Shown piece after piece: positions 53,666-63,631 of a DNA stretch of 64,000 bases. Each line of letters opens with the position of its first letter. The first letter of the stretch is position 1. The translations under genes and the position numbers were made by a program. Source of the stretch: a virus (taxonomy: Duplodnaviria > Caudoviricetes); the IMG/VR virus record IMGVR_UViG_3300021430_000310, positions 1,202-65,201 of that record; one strand, 5' to 3'. The notes below the pieces were generated by a model. It was not told the origin of the DNA. It saw only the letters and a list, made by a program, of their open reading frames with translations, and did no database searches.

Positions 53666-55300
53666 ATGGATTATTTCTTTTCAGGCCAGATAAGACAGTA
53701 TCGTCTGCAGATCATCAGAGCATTCAGCAACTTCTCAGTGAGTGTGGGACAGAACACAGATGGCAGTCCCAAGCTGAAAAGAGTGCCTTGCAGATATGGT
53801 GACACCAGCAGAATAGCTGAAACCATCATCACAGGCAACTCAGAAAACAAGATACCATCAGCACCCTTCATAAGTGTGTATGTGACTGGCATGTCACTTA
53901 GCCCTGAACGCCGTGCTGCTCCCAGTTTGGTGAGCACAGTTAATATAAATGAGCGAGCATATGATGGTGAGAAGTATCTGGATGTGCCTGGTAACAGATA
54001 CACTGTGCAGAGATATACACCTGTGCCCTTCATGATGACTGTGAATGTGGACTTCTGGTGCAGCAACCTGAATCAGAAGGAAGAGCTGTTTGAACAAACA
54101 CAGGTGCTGTTTAATGGCATGGTGGACATTCAGACCAGCAACAATCCACTAGACTGGACCCTGTTCAGCACCATTGAGCCCACCAACATCACTTGGAGCA
54201 GCAGAAGCATACCCATAGGCACAGACAACCCCATTGATGTGATGACTGTGGAGTATCGTGTGCCCATCTGGATCAATCCTCCTGCCAAGGTCACCTATCA
54301 GAAAGTGATTGAACAGATTGTTACCCGTATTCATTCCAGCACTCCAGATCCACAAGACAACTGGGAATGGAGACCACAAGATCTGCTCACCACCCGAATC
54401 ACCACACCTGACAATGCTAACATCATATGCAACCTTGTGGATGACTACACATATGAAATCCAATTGTGCAATAGTGCATTTAGCACACGTGATGACGATC
54501 TCCGCAGCACACAGATTGTGGGTACACACCCTGTGCAACTGGTGCCAGGTGAACAGTTTAGTGTGAATGGTGTACAAATAACTGTACCCAGTGATCAGAT
54601 CACAGATCTTATCCAGGTCATGAAACAATCATTGGTGAACACCCCCATCACAGTGCAGGTTAACAATCAGAATCAGCTCATTATCAGCAACCAAACAGGT
54701 GGCGACATACAGTTGCAAAACACTAATGGCTCACCTGTGCAGCATCTGGGCTTTTTACCCACCACATATCCAGGTGGCAACCTGGCTTGGTGGAGACTGT
54801 TAGAGCAATATGGGGCCATCAGAGATCATGTGTGTGCGGGTGGTATTAGTAAACTGTTGTTGCTCACCAGTGAAGATCTGGATGATCGTGATTCAGATGT
54901 TTCTGGCACAATTCAGTTGCATCCCACTGACCAAAATCTATTGATCTACACAGTGGATCCTGACTCATGGCCTGCAGCCAGCCTGTCACCCATTCAGGCC
55001 ATCATTAATCCCCAACAAACTTGGCCCAATAACAATCTGCCACCTGCACAACTGGGTCAACGCTATTTGCTGGTGGAAGATATTTCAGAATCCAGCGCAG
55101 CTTGGGGTCAAGTGCAAGCTGTAGCAAATGATGTGATTGAATTTGATGGCATGTCCTGGACACAAGTGTTTGATCATACCACTGTAGCTCAGGCATTTGT
55201 GAAAAACTCTTTCAGCGGTAAGTGGTATCAATATGACTCAGGTTATTGGCAGGCATGGCCCACTAAGGTGGTCAGAGGCATGTGGAGATTGCAACTGTGA
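53666..55300 (+). CDS. gp15: Tail terminator / sheath stabilizer (gp15-like) with C-terminal extension
   Basis: YFFSGQIRQY..Q.IR.FS, VP.RYGD, PVPF..FW..N..QK.ELFEQ..LF. Confidence 0.8.
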   Translation: MDYFFSGQIRQYRLQIIRAFSNFSVSVGQNTDGSPKLKRVPCRYGDTSRIAETIITGNSENKIPSAPFISVYVTGMSLSPERRAAPSLVSTVNINERAYDGEKYLDVPGNRYTVQRYTPVPFMMTVNVDFWCSNLNQKEELFEQTQVLFNGMVDIQTSNNPLDWTLFSTIEPTNITWSSRSIPIGTDNPIDVMTVEYRVPIWINPPAKVTYQKVIEQIVTRIHSSTPDPQDNWEWRPQDLLTTRITTPDNANIICNLVDDYTYEIQLCNSAFSTRDDDLRSTQIVGTHPVQLVPGEQFSVNGVQITVPSDQITDLIQVMKQSLVNTPITVQVNNQNQLIISNQTGGDIQLQNTNGSPVQHLGFLPTTYPGGNLAWWRLLEQYGAIRDHVCAGGISKLLLLTSEDLDDRDSDVSGTIQLHPTDQNLLIYTVDPDSWPAASLSPIQAIINPQQTWPNNNLPPAQLGQRYLLVEDISESSAAWGQVQAVANDVIEFDGMSWTQVFDHTTVAQAFVKNSFSGKWYQYDSGYWQAWPTKVVRGMWRLQL

Positions 55301-55308
55301 ACTTAAAT

Positions 55309-56082
55309 ATGAACACCATGCAAGAACCTGTACATAAATTTCCACAATCAGATGTGGACGCCATCCTGGATCCACACACTCGTAGTGTGATACGTCTACT
55401 ACAATCAGCTAAAATTCCTGTGAGAATTGTGGGTGGTGCAGTGAGAGACATGTTGCGCAATCAGGCACCCAGAGATGTGGATTTGGTGGTGGATGCCAGT
55501 CCCACCATGCTCATATATTTGTTTCAAGCTCATGATTGGGCAGTGGACACCAAGGGCATACAACATGGCACAGTCAAAGTGGTGTTTGGTTCAGGTGATT
55601 CTGAACAGAAAGTGGATGTGAGCAGCTTGGGCTATCGCATCAGCAGACATGGCCAGGATTATCGCATGCAGGAAACCCACTCTTGGGAAGTGGATAGTGG
55701 TTTGAGGGATCTCACCATCAATGCCATGAGCATGGACATGCAGGGTCGGGTGTATGATTATCAGAATGGCTATTCAGATCTCAGAAATCAGATTGTGAGA
55801 CTGGGCCCACATGCTGATGACAGTCTGCATTTGGACCCCACAGGTATCATGAGGTACTTCAGAGCTCTCAGCCAGTTTTCCAATCCCAAGATTGTGCACA
55901 AAGATCTGGCATATATACGTGACCATGTGCATTTGTTGGCAGATGTTGCAGACGATAAAAAGGTGCAAATGAACTGGATCAGCATACTTAAGTCTCCACA
56001 CAGATCAAATGCCATCAAGATCATGTGTGCGATGAACATCAACAAATACTTACCATATGTGCCTTGTGGAGATACTATGTAA
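55309..56082 (+). CDS. Class II tRNA nucleotidyltransferase / poly(A) polymerase-like protein (head-neck only)
   Basis: IVGGAVRD, DVD, GIQHGTV, RDLTINAM, DY.NG..DL. Confidence 0.85.
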   Translation: MNTMQEPVHKFPQSDVDAILDPHTRSVIRLLQSAKIPVRIVGGAVRDMLRNQAPRDVDLVVDASPTMLIYLFQAHDWAVDTKGIQHGTVKVVFGSGDSEQKVDVSSLGYRISRHGQDYRMQETHSWEVDSGLRDLTINAMSMDMQGRVYDYQNGYSDLRNQIVRLGPHADDSLHLDPTGIMRYFRALSQFSNPKIVHKDLAYIRDHVHLLADVADDKKVQMNWISILKSPHRSNAIKIMCAMNINKYLPYVPCGDTM

Positions 56083-58199
56083 TGAAGATTTCACAAGTCA
56101 TCCAGGAAGCCCTGCCCATAAGTGTGGCCAAAAAGTATGTGCAGGCTTGGGACCCCAGCATCCACAAACAAGTATTTGAGCGTGAACCCCGCAAGGATAA
56201 GAATGCATACCGTGTGTATATTCCGTTCCAGCAGGAAACAGATAGCAAGATCAACATACCAGAAAACCTTCTCAGCTACCTGCAAGGGGCCATCCCCAAC
56301 AAACCTTACTCAACAGATGCAGACAACTACATGCAAGGTTTGGCATTTGAAGTTGCCAATCCGACCCGCAAGCTGGGCATTGGTAAAATGTTGGCTCGCA
56401 GTGAAGGTAGTGAAAAAGATCCTGCACGCAAGAGCGAGCTACAGGCCCTAAAAAAGAGTTTTGATGCAGACCCTCAACGAGCAGCCACCAAGACCCCAGA
56501 CAAGCTGATTGTGATCAGTCGCCATCCATATGATGTGGCAGGCATGAGCACAGACAGAGGCTGGAAATCATGCATGAACCTAGTGGACGGCATCAACCGT
56601 CACTATGTGTTGAGAGATGTCAAAAAGGGCAGCATTGTGGCATATCTGATTAATGCAGATGATCTGAATGTGAACCGTCCGCTGGCACGCATACTCATCA
56701 AGCCCTATCAGGAAAAGGGCAATCCCACCAACTTGGCCATGATGGGAGACGCTGTTTATGGTACTGCTCCTGCAAGATTCAAGACTCAGGTGGATGCATG
56801 GGTGAATGCCAAATACAATGCAGACAAGTCAGGTTTGTTTTGTTTAGCTGCTGGATTGTACAAGGATGTTATTCCCAGACAGATGCGTCTCATGAATGAT
56901 GATGCCTTTGCGCAAGCTCCCAGAGCACAGATAGTGCAAATGGCCAGAAATGATGATGAAATGTGGCCACGTGTGGCGCGGCTGAGATCAGATGCCGATG
57001 AAATCTTTTGGCAGGTGGCTGAGAAGGGCGACCCCAGAGCAGCCCACATGATCCAAAATATCTCACTGGACAGATTCAAACAGGCATTCAAGAAGGGTGC
57101 CAGTGTGTTGGCTCACTTGCACACTCAGACTCCTGAAATTGTGATCCATGCACTTGAGAAACGACCAGACGCTGTGGTGTATGTGAGAAACAGAACTCCT
57201 GCACAGCAGGCATTGGTGAAAAAGATGCTTGCTAAAAACCCTGACCTCATACAGCGGGTGCATGCACCCACTCCGGATCAAGTTCAATATGCTGTGGGCA
57301 AAGATGACTGGTTGTTGAGTTGGGCCATGGAAGAACATCCAGATATGCTCACTGAAGATCAGGTGACAAAATGGATCATGAGGGCTGCTGAAAATCAAGC
57401 TCTGGACAATGAGCACATGATGTGGATTCGCAAGCATTATCCCCAACTGCTGACAGATCCAAAAATATTTGAATGGTTGGCTGAACATCAACCTGAACTG
57501 TTGTGGAACAATGGGAAATTGACTGACGCAGATGTGCAGCGCATGGTGCGTCGTGCTCACATAGACACAGGTTGGCATACCAGTTGGTGGGAAACACATG
57601 TGCCTGAAGTGATTGCACGATTGAAACAGATACCCACGGATCAGATGGATCCTGACCTCATACCTGTGCTGAGTCGCAAAATGCCTGATCTGTTGGGAGC
57701 ATTCCCTGATGCGGACATGGACATGCTGAAATCTTTGGTTAAAAAGCGACCCCACATGATCCAGCACTGGCAGAATCCTGCCCCCGAATTGGTGTATGTG
57801 GCTTTGCTCCATGACGATGATAATGATTTGGAGGATGGATTCCAGGATGCACGATATGAGTCTGTGTGGGCTGCACTCATCAAAAAACATGCTGACAACA
57901 TTGCGCGATTGCGCACACCATCACCCAGCTTGTTAAAGCTGGCTGCCCAGCATCCTGAACTCAGAAGGTGGGCAGCACGCTGGATCCTGGACAAGAATCC
58001 TGATGTGGCCACTCAGGTGAGAGTGCTCAAGAAATATCCTGATCTTATTTCAGATATCCGCAAGCCCAGTCTGGCTGCTCAAATGGCTGCTGTGAATGCC
58101 GATCCTGATGCCTATGAGGATATCCGACCCAGAGACAGACATCCTGCTGTGAAGGCTTATATTCAGGCCTATCGAAAAGAGATGCGCAAGCCTGAATAA
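56082..58199 (+). CDS. Large protein with LxE-type N-terminus, SRHPYD/SCM domain and C-terminal helical repeats
   Basis: MKISQVIQEAL; ISRHPYDVAGMST.RGW.SCM; P....Q.AAV repeats. Confidence 0.75.
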   Translation: MKISQVIQEALPISVAKKYVQAWDPSIHKQVFEREPRKDKNAYRVYIPFQQETDSKINIPENLLSYLQGAIPNKPYSTDADNYMQGLAFEVANPTRKLGIGKMLARSEGSEKDPARKSELQALKKSFDADPQRAATKTPDKLIVISRHPYDVAGMSTDRGWKSCMNLVDGINRHYVLRDVKKGSIVAYLINADDLNVNRPLARILIKPYQEKGNPTNLAMMGDAVYGTAPARFKTQVDAWVNAKYNADKSGLFCLAAGLYKDVIPRQMRLMNDDAFAQAPRAQIVQMARNDDEMWPRVARLRSDADEIFWQVAEKGDPRAAHMIQNISLDRFKQAFKKGASVLAHLHTQTPEIVIHALEKRPDAVVYVRNRTPAQQALVKKMLAKNPDLIQRVHAPTPDQVQYAVGKDDWLLSWAMEEHPDMLTEDQVTKWIMRAAENQALDNEHMMWIRKHYPQLLTDPKIFEWLAEHQPELLWNNGKLTDADVQRMVRRAHIDTGWHTSWWETHVPEVIARLKQIPTDQMDPDLIPVLSRKMPDLLGAFPDADMDMLKSLVKKRPHMIQHWQNPAPELVYVALLHDDDNDLEDGFQDARYESVWAALIKKHADNIARLRTPSPSLLKLAAQHPELRRWAARWILDKNPDVATQVRVLKKYPDLISDIRKPSLAAQMAAVNADPDAYEDIRPRDRHPAVKAYIQAYRKEMRKPE

Positions 58200-58247
58200 T
58201 CCGTTCACATGTTGAATTTGTTAATGTGCATCAGTTAATATGATCTT

Positions 58248-58535
58248 ATGCACAAACTTCAGCTACGTGAATCCCGATTCAAATGGATGAGAGATGGCCA
58301 CACATTCAAACTCACGGGTGAACATGCGGCTTGGTGCGCACAAGCGTTGGGGTATGTGCCCTTCCTGGGTATCATAAATGGTGTGCCTCAATATGCCATA
58401 TTTGAAACTCAAGCCGATCTCATAAGCTTCAGTCTCACCTGGTGTGCACATGAGCATGAGATCCACACATTTGAAGTTGGTGGATTTTACTGTCCATATG
58501 TGCCAGTCACCAGCTCTGGTGTGATCATAACCTGA
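58248..58535 (+). CDS. Small FxLTW-family protein ending in a major-capsid-derived peptide
   Basis: DLISFSLTW, then FYCPYVPVTSSGVII (13/15 identical to the MCP segment). Confidence 0.65.
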   Translation: MHKLQLRESRFKWMRDGHTFKLTGEHAAWCAQALGYVPFLGIINGVPQYAIFETQADLISFSLTWCAHEHEIHTFEVGGFYCPYVPVTSSGVIIT

Positions 58536-58677
58536 TGCGCACCGTCAAATCGTAACATTTATCACACACAGGCATTTAATAGGGACCGTCCTATTGTCCT
58601 TTTATCCCAGTGCAAATAGACGCAAGGTCTCCTGTTTAAATTTTATTGATAATCTTTATATTCAATAAGACAGGATC

Positions 58678-58683
58678 TAAATA
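58678..58683 (+). promoter_or_regulatory. Putative late promoter of the endonuclease gene
   Basis: CTAAATA; AAGGA SD downstream. Confidence 0.55.
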
Positions 58684-58716
58684 GAAGTGTAGCATCTATC
58701 ACACAAGGACCCTATT

Positions 58717-60336
58717 ATGAGTCAATTGGCACGCATCAAACATTTAATAGAGACTCACAAGATTGATGGTGTAGCCACCAGAGTCAAACATGATCCTATC
58801 ATGCTCACAGAGGTGAATGATTGGGTAGCATCTGCTCACTGCGGTCTGCTCAGCGAGAAGATCTATTGTTATGTGAATCAACTTGATCAACCCCCCACCT
58901 GTGCATGTGGTCAACCAGTGAGATTTGTGAGCATCACTAAGGGATACAGGGAGTTCTGTTCAAAGTCATGTGTGCATGCCAGACAAGTTGCAACAGAACG
59001 GCGAGTGGCAGTGCAGAGAGCGCGAGGTGGTGTGGGCTTAGCCAATCCTGCAGCCAAAGCTAAGGCGCAACAAACACTGCAAGATACTCATGGTGTATCA
59101 AATGCCTTTTGTTTACCCAAAGTGGATGCACATAGACGGTTTAACAATCCCATGAAGGATACCAAAGTGCTCGAGTCAATCAGACAGAACTGTCTACAAA
59201 CTCACAATGTGGATTGGCATAGTAAGCGACCAGAAGTTGTGGCTAAACGGGAACAAACAAACTTAATTAAATATGGCGTGGTGAATGCTAGTCAACAGCA
59301 TTATGATGAGACCACTATCTCCATGTTGACTGATGCAGCCCGGTTAAAAAACATGTTCACAACTCACAGCGTGCAAGGCATGGCTCTGAATTTAGGAGTG
59401 TGTGAGACCACAATTCTCAAATATCTCAACATACATGGTATCCGTACGCCCAATCAGATAGCTGCTGAGATTCAGATAGCTGAATGGTTATCAAGTGTGG
59501 GCTTTACTGACTTTGAGAAGACCCGCACAGTGTTAACGAACAAACAAGAGCTTGATCTATATAGTCCTAGTCAGAATCTAGCTATCGAATATTGCGGTTT
59601 ATACTGGCACAGTCAGGCTCACAAACATCGCAACTATCATGTGGACAAATATATCCAGTGCAAGGTTCAAAGTATCCGATTAATCACCATCTTTGAGGAT
59701 GAGTGGTTGAACAAGTCAGAAGTTGTTAAAAACAGACTACGCCAGGTCCTAGGTATTAATCATAAGGGTGCTGGGGCCAGACAACTTCAAGTGCGAGAGA
59801 TCAATCAGCATGCAGCTTCTCAGTTTCTGGACATGCATCACATTAGTGGCTACACCAAGGCTAGTGTGTGCGTGGGTGCATTTGATCAGGATCAGAATTT
59901 GGTGGCTGTGATGACATTCAGTCAGGGTCGCAAGTTCATGAAGCCCAAACTGGATTGGCAATGGGAGATGGTGCGGTTTAGCACAAATGGCACGCATTAT
60001 GCGGGTGTGGCATCTCGTCTGTTCAATCACTTTGTTAAAACATATGAACCCACAAGTGTGATCAGTTATGCCGATCTCAGATGGGGTCAGGGACTATATC
60101 TAAATCATTTAGGGTTCAGTCGGTTTGAAGATACACCTGCCAATTACTGGTATTTCAGTCTTAAAAACGCCGACTTCAAAAGATACCACAGGTTCACATT
60201 CAACAAACAGGCATTGATCCGGAAGTATCCAGAATTTAACGGACCTGACGCAACAGAATATACCATAGCTAAACAGGCAGGGCTAGAGCGCATATGGGAC
60301 TGTGGGAACGCCAAATGGCTCTGGTATTCCACCTAA
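58717..60336 (+). mobile_element. Free-standing homing endonuclease-like gene (Hef/Vsr-like nuclease plus C-terminal GNAT/Mom-like domain)
   Basis: Zn motif CACG..FCS..C; ELDLY..LAIEYCGLYWHS..IFEDEW; LVAVMTF..WE.VRF..GVASRLF..SYAD..IWDCG. Confidence 0.75.
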
Positions 60337-60351
60337 GTCATTATATCAAAT

Positions 60352-60376
60352 AAAAACCCCAGGATTGCTCCTGGGG
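60352..60376 (-). terminator. Terminator after major capsid gene
   Basis: CCCCAGGA-TTGC-TCCTGGGG with T5 on the minus strand. Confidence 0.75.
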
Positions 60377-60420
60377 TGTTATCAAATTTGTTGGGCATAA
60401 AGCCCAACAAATTCAATAGG

Positions 60421-61626
60421 TTAGAGAAATTTCAGGTTAGCAGTATTCACAGCCACGCCTGCCAGGTAGTCAGCAGCGTTACCCAGTGAGCTGGATGTGT
60501 TGCTGAGTTCCAGGTAGCCATATCTGGTCATGAAGCTCACAACTGGCTCGAAGGTGGCTGGATCAATGATCACGCCTGAGCTTGTGAGTGGCACATATGG
60601 GCAGTAATACGCAGCCGCATCAATTTCGCCTGGACCCTTGTAACCAACCAACACAGGTGTGTCGTCAGCTGCATATTGGTCCACGTAAACGCGAACTGAG
60701 TTGTTGAGCACGCCCACAAATTTGGTGTTTGTGGGAGCCTCAAATGTGCCTTCAGTTGTGCGAGCGAAAGCTGAAGTTGTTGCGCTCTGCAGAATGGTGA
60801 GGGCAGTTGGTGAAACCACAACCCAGTTACCAGCACCACGACGGGTTCTGGCAGCGATCAGGTTGGCACCACGGTTGATCAACACTGCCAGAGCAGCATG
60901 CTCGTCACCCACGAAAGTGGCTGTACCGCTAACGGCGCCCTGGTCGTATGTGAGTGTGACACCAGCCAGTGTTCTCAGGCTGTTCAGGATTTCCTGGTCG
61001 ATTTCAGCGGTGATCTCTTGTGCGAGAGCAGCCATGATTTCGGCCTCAATGTCGATACCCTGCTGAGCCTGTGCATCCTGTGCAGCCTCAAATGTCCAGC
61101 GAGCTGAGAGCTTGCGGCTCTTGGCTTCCACTGTTTCCTTGAGGATCTGGATGTTCAGTCTCTTACCTGCTGTGCCTTCCAGGGTGGTTGTGTCAGCGCC
61201 ACGTGGGTTGGCTGAGTTACCATTGCCTGAATAGAAGCGGGCGATATCAAATGGGCTGAGTGCCTCGCTACCAGCCACAACTGGTGCAGGTGCACCGAAT
61301 GTGTCTGCATAACGCACACGCAGAGTGTGGATCTGACCCACAGGGCCTGTCATGGGCTGCACGCCAATGATCTCGTTAGCGATCACAGTGGGCATAACAC
61401 GACGGATAACTGGCAGGATCACCTTGTTGAGGGTGGCCACGTTACCTGAGCTTGATGCACCAGGAGTTGCATTTTCCAACAGCATGCCGCCGTTGAATCT
61501 GTTATGCAGGTCTCTCTTGGTGTTCTCCAGAACCACATCCATGACCTTTTTGCGGTTGCCGGTGAGGCCGTCGCAAAGTGCTTGCTTGGTGAGGTTCCAA
61601 TTGGCTTCGAAAAGATTGCCTTTCAT
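60421..61626 (-). CDS. gp23: Major capsid protein
   Basis: VIRRVMPTVIANEIIGVQPMTGPVGQI, KSRKLSARWT.E.AQD, EITAEID.EI, YCPYVP, MTRYG. Confidence 0.97.
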   Translation of the reverse strand: MKGNLFEANWNLTKQALCDGLTGNRKKVMDVVLENTKRDLHNRFNGGMLLENATPGASSSGNVATLNKVILPVIRRVMPTVIANEIIGVQPMTGPVGQIHTLRVRYADTFGAPAPVVAGSEALSPFDIARFYSGNGNSANPRGADTTTLEGTAGKRLNIQILKETVEAKSRKLSARWTFEAAQDAQAQQGIDIEAEIMAALAQEITAEIDQEILNSLRTLAGVTLTYDQGAVSGTATFVGDEHAALAVLINRGANLIAARTRRGAGNWVVVSPTALTILQSATTSAFARTTEGTFEAPTNTKFVGVLNNSVRVYVDQYAADDTPVLVGYKGPGEIDAAAYYCPYVPLTSSGVIIDPATFEPVVSFMTRYGYLELSNTSSSLGNAADYLAGVAVNTANLKFL

Positions 61627-61642
61627 TGGTTTTTATCTCCTA

Positions 61643-62851
61643 TTATTGTGCTCTGGCAGCAACGCCTGCCAAATACAAGATGTTTTGAAGATCTGAGTCT
61701 TCGGGTTTGTTTTGGGCAGTCTCTGTGAGGCTGACCCGGTCTCCTGAGTGCGCCACTGATCTACTTGCAACTGGTGTGGTGACCTTCTTGGGGGCTGGCA
61801 CCTGGTTGTTCATGACAGTTGGCATGTAACGATGGAAGGCTTCCTTGAGTTGTGTGGTTTTCACATCACCCAACAAGTTTTCCATCACAGCACGCTTGTC
61901 GCCTCTCAGGGGACTGAGCAGTTCATTAAGAACTTGCACTCTCTGAGCACGTTCACGAGCTTGGTTGTGGGCACGACGTTCAGATTCCAAAAGCGCATGC
62001 TTTTGTGCACTTTCTGCCTGTGCCTCTTGCAGTTGTTGTTGAATAGTTGCCAACTGCTTCTGCAACTTCTTTGTTTCTGTGCCTTCTGCAAGGTAACTGC
62101 CCATGTATTCGGCAGCCACAGCTTCAAAGATTTTACGACCAAAGTTGTTCTCTCTGGCCACTCTGATGTCGTCTCTCCACTGGACAAGTTCCTTACGGAT
62201 GACTTCATTCAGTGTGCGGTCCACAACTTCAGTTGCTCTGTTAACAAAGCTACTTCTAGCTTCATTAAGTTTCTGTTTGGCTTCACTAGCCAATTTAACT
62301 CTTTGTTCCACTAGGCTCTGCTTGTCTGCAACAAATTCGCGAAGTTCTTCGCTCAGTTGACGCAGTACAAATTCTTCCAGCTTGCTGACCTTTTGGGCCA
62401 CAGCTTGTTCAGTCAGCACTTGATGCTCATTCAGTTGTTGAGCCATGACTTGCTTCTGCTCTTGTAGTGCCCGTCTGTCTGCTCTGAACTCAGTGAGTTC
62501 CCCAGCAATCTGCTTCATCATGAATTGCTCCATGACCTTCAGCTTGTGTGCAGTTTCTTTAGCAGACTTTTTGCTGGCTTCAGCTAGTGCTTGGGCCAGT
62601 TTGACTTTTTGGGCAGCTACAGAACGCTTATCAGATTGAAACTCGTTGAGCTCCTTCTTGATTACGTCTGTGAGCATGGTGTCCATGGTCTCCACAAGAA
62701 TGTGCTTCTCATGCTCGTAACGTGCAGCGTAGCTTTCTTGCAGCTTGCTCTCAGTTTCCTTGAGCTTTTGTGAGAAGGCTTCCTGAAGTGCAGCGCGAGT
62801 TTCATCGCCCAACACTGCGTTCTCAAGAAGTTCTTGTAAGTTTTTTTCCAT
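61643..62851 (-). CDS. gp22: Prohead core scaffold protein
   Basis: Long coiled coil between protease and MCP; FGRKIFEA...EY. Confidence 0.85.
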   Translation of the reverse strand: MEKNLQELLENAVLGDETRAALQEAFSQKLKETESKLQESYAARYEHEKHILVETMDTMLTDVIKKELNEFQSDKRSVAAQKVKLAQALAEASKKSAKETAHKLKVMEQFMMKQIAGELTEFRADRRALQEQKQVMAQQLNEHQVLTEQAVAQKVSKLEEFVLRQLSEELREFVADKQSLVEQRVKLASEAKQKLNEARSSFVNRATEVVDRTLNEVIRKELVQWRDDIRVARENNFGRKIFEAVAAEYMGSYLAEGTETKKLQKQLATIQQQLQEAQAESAQKHALLESERRAHNQARERAQRVQVLNELLSPLRGDKRAVMENLLGDVKTTQLKEAFHRYMPTVMNNQVPAPKKVTTPVASRSVAHSGDRVSLTETAQNKPEDSDLQNILYLAGVAARAQ

Positions 62852-62870
62852 AGGATTGGGATCTCCTTGT

Positions 62871-63503
62871 TTAGATCTTCAACTCATTTACCCAGCGCAA
62901 GAGTGTTTCGGTGAGATACTTTTGTGCTTTCGCATCGTGTCTCACACTCTCTGCCAAGTCCATGATGTTGCTACCAAGCTTTCCGTGTTGCAGTGCTTCG
63001 TACACAGGTACGGGATAAGCACTGGGGGCGGAAGGTTTGGCTACGATGTCCACAGTCAACATGTCAAAGTCTGACACATTGCCTATGTGGTCCACATTAC
63101 CGGATCCTCTGGAGCTGACCCCTAGTTTGACTCCACTCTCCAGTAATGTCTTTGCAATTTGGCCACTGGGTGTGGGCAACAGTTTTAACTTGCCCATACC
63201 ATTGGGGCCATCCATCCACATCTTTGTGATAGTGTGGCTCACTCTGTCCAGATGAATCTGTAGTTCTTGGGGATGATCCAATTCACCTGGTACACCTGCG
63301 TCTTTTTCAATGCATGCATTGATTTGGTCCACAGCTCTACGAATTTGATCCACAGGATACACTCTGCCGTTGTGGTTCTTCAAACCACCCTGGACAAATA
63401 TGCCTTCCATGTAGAGAGTCTTTGCGCCATCAGGTGCTCCTTCTGAGAGCAGCTTGATTCCGGCATCATCGAATCTAATATGTTCTTGTAGTATCAATGC
63501 CAT
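62871..63503 (-). CDS. gp21: Prohead protease
   Basis: EGIFVQG..KN.NGRVYP, GELDHP, LGVSSRGSG, VDIVA.PSAP.A; TAAATA at 63536-63541. Confidence 0.95.
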   Translation of the reverse strand: MALILQEHIRFDDAGIKLLSEGAPDGAKTLYMEGIFVQGGLKNHNGRVYPVDQIRRAVDQINACIEKDAGVPGELDHPQELQIHLDRVSHTITKMWMDGPNGMGKLKLLPTPSGQIAKTLLESGVKLGVSSRGSGNVDHIGNVSDFDMLTVDIVAKPSAPSAYPVPVYEALQHGKLGSNIMDLAESVRHDAKAQKYLTETLLRWVNELKI

Positions 63504-63593
63504 TTGAAGTCCTGTGTGCGCTTATTGCGACTGACTATTTAAATTCAAACACTTAAAACATGGGATTTATGGGTAAAATCACATGATTTGGTT

Positions 63594-63622
63594 AAAGCAG
63601 GGGTTGACAGTCAACCCCTGCT
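63594..63622 (-). terminator. Hairpin terminator
   Basis: AGCAGGGGTTGAC/GTCAACCCCTGCT stem. Confidence 0.65.
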
Positions 63623-63631
63623 GGGTTTGAA

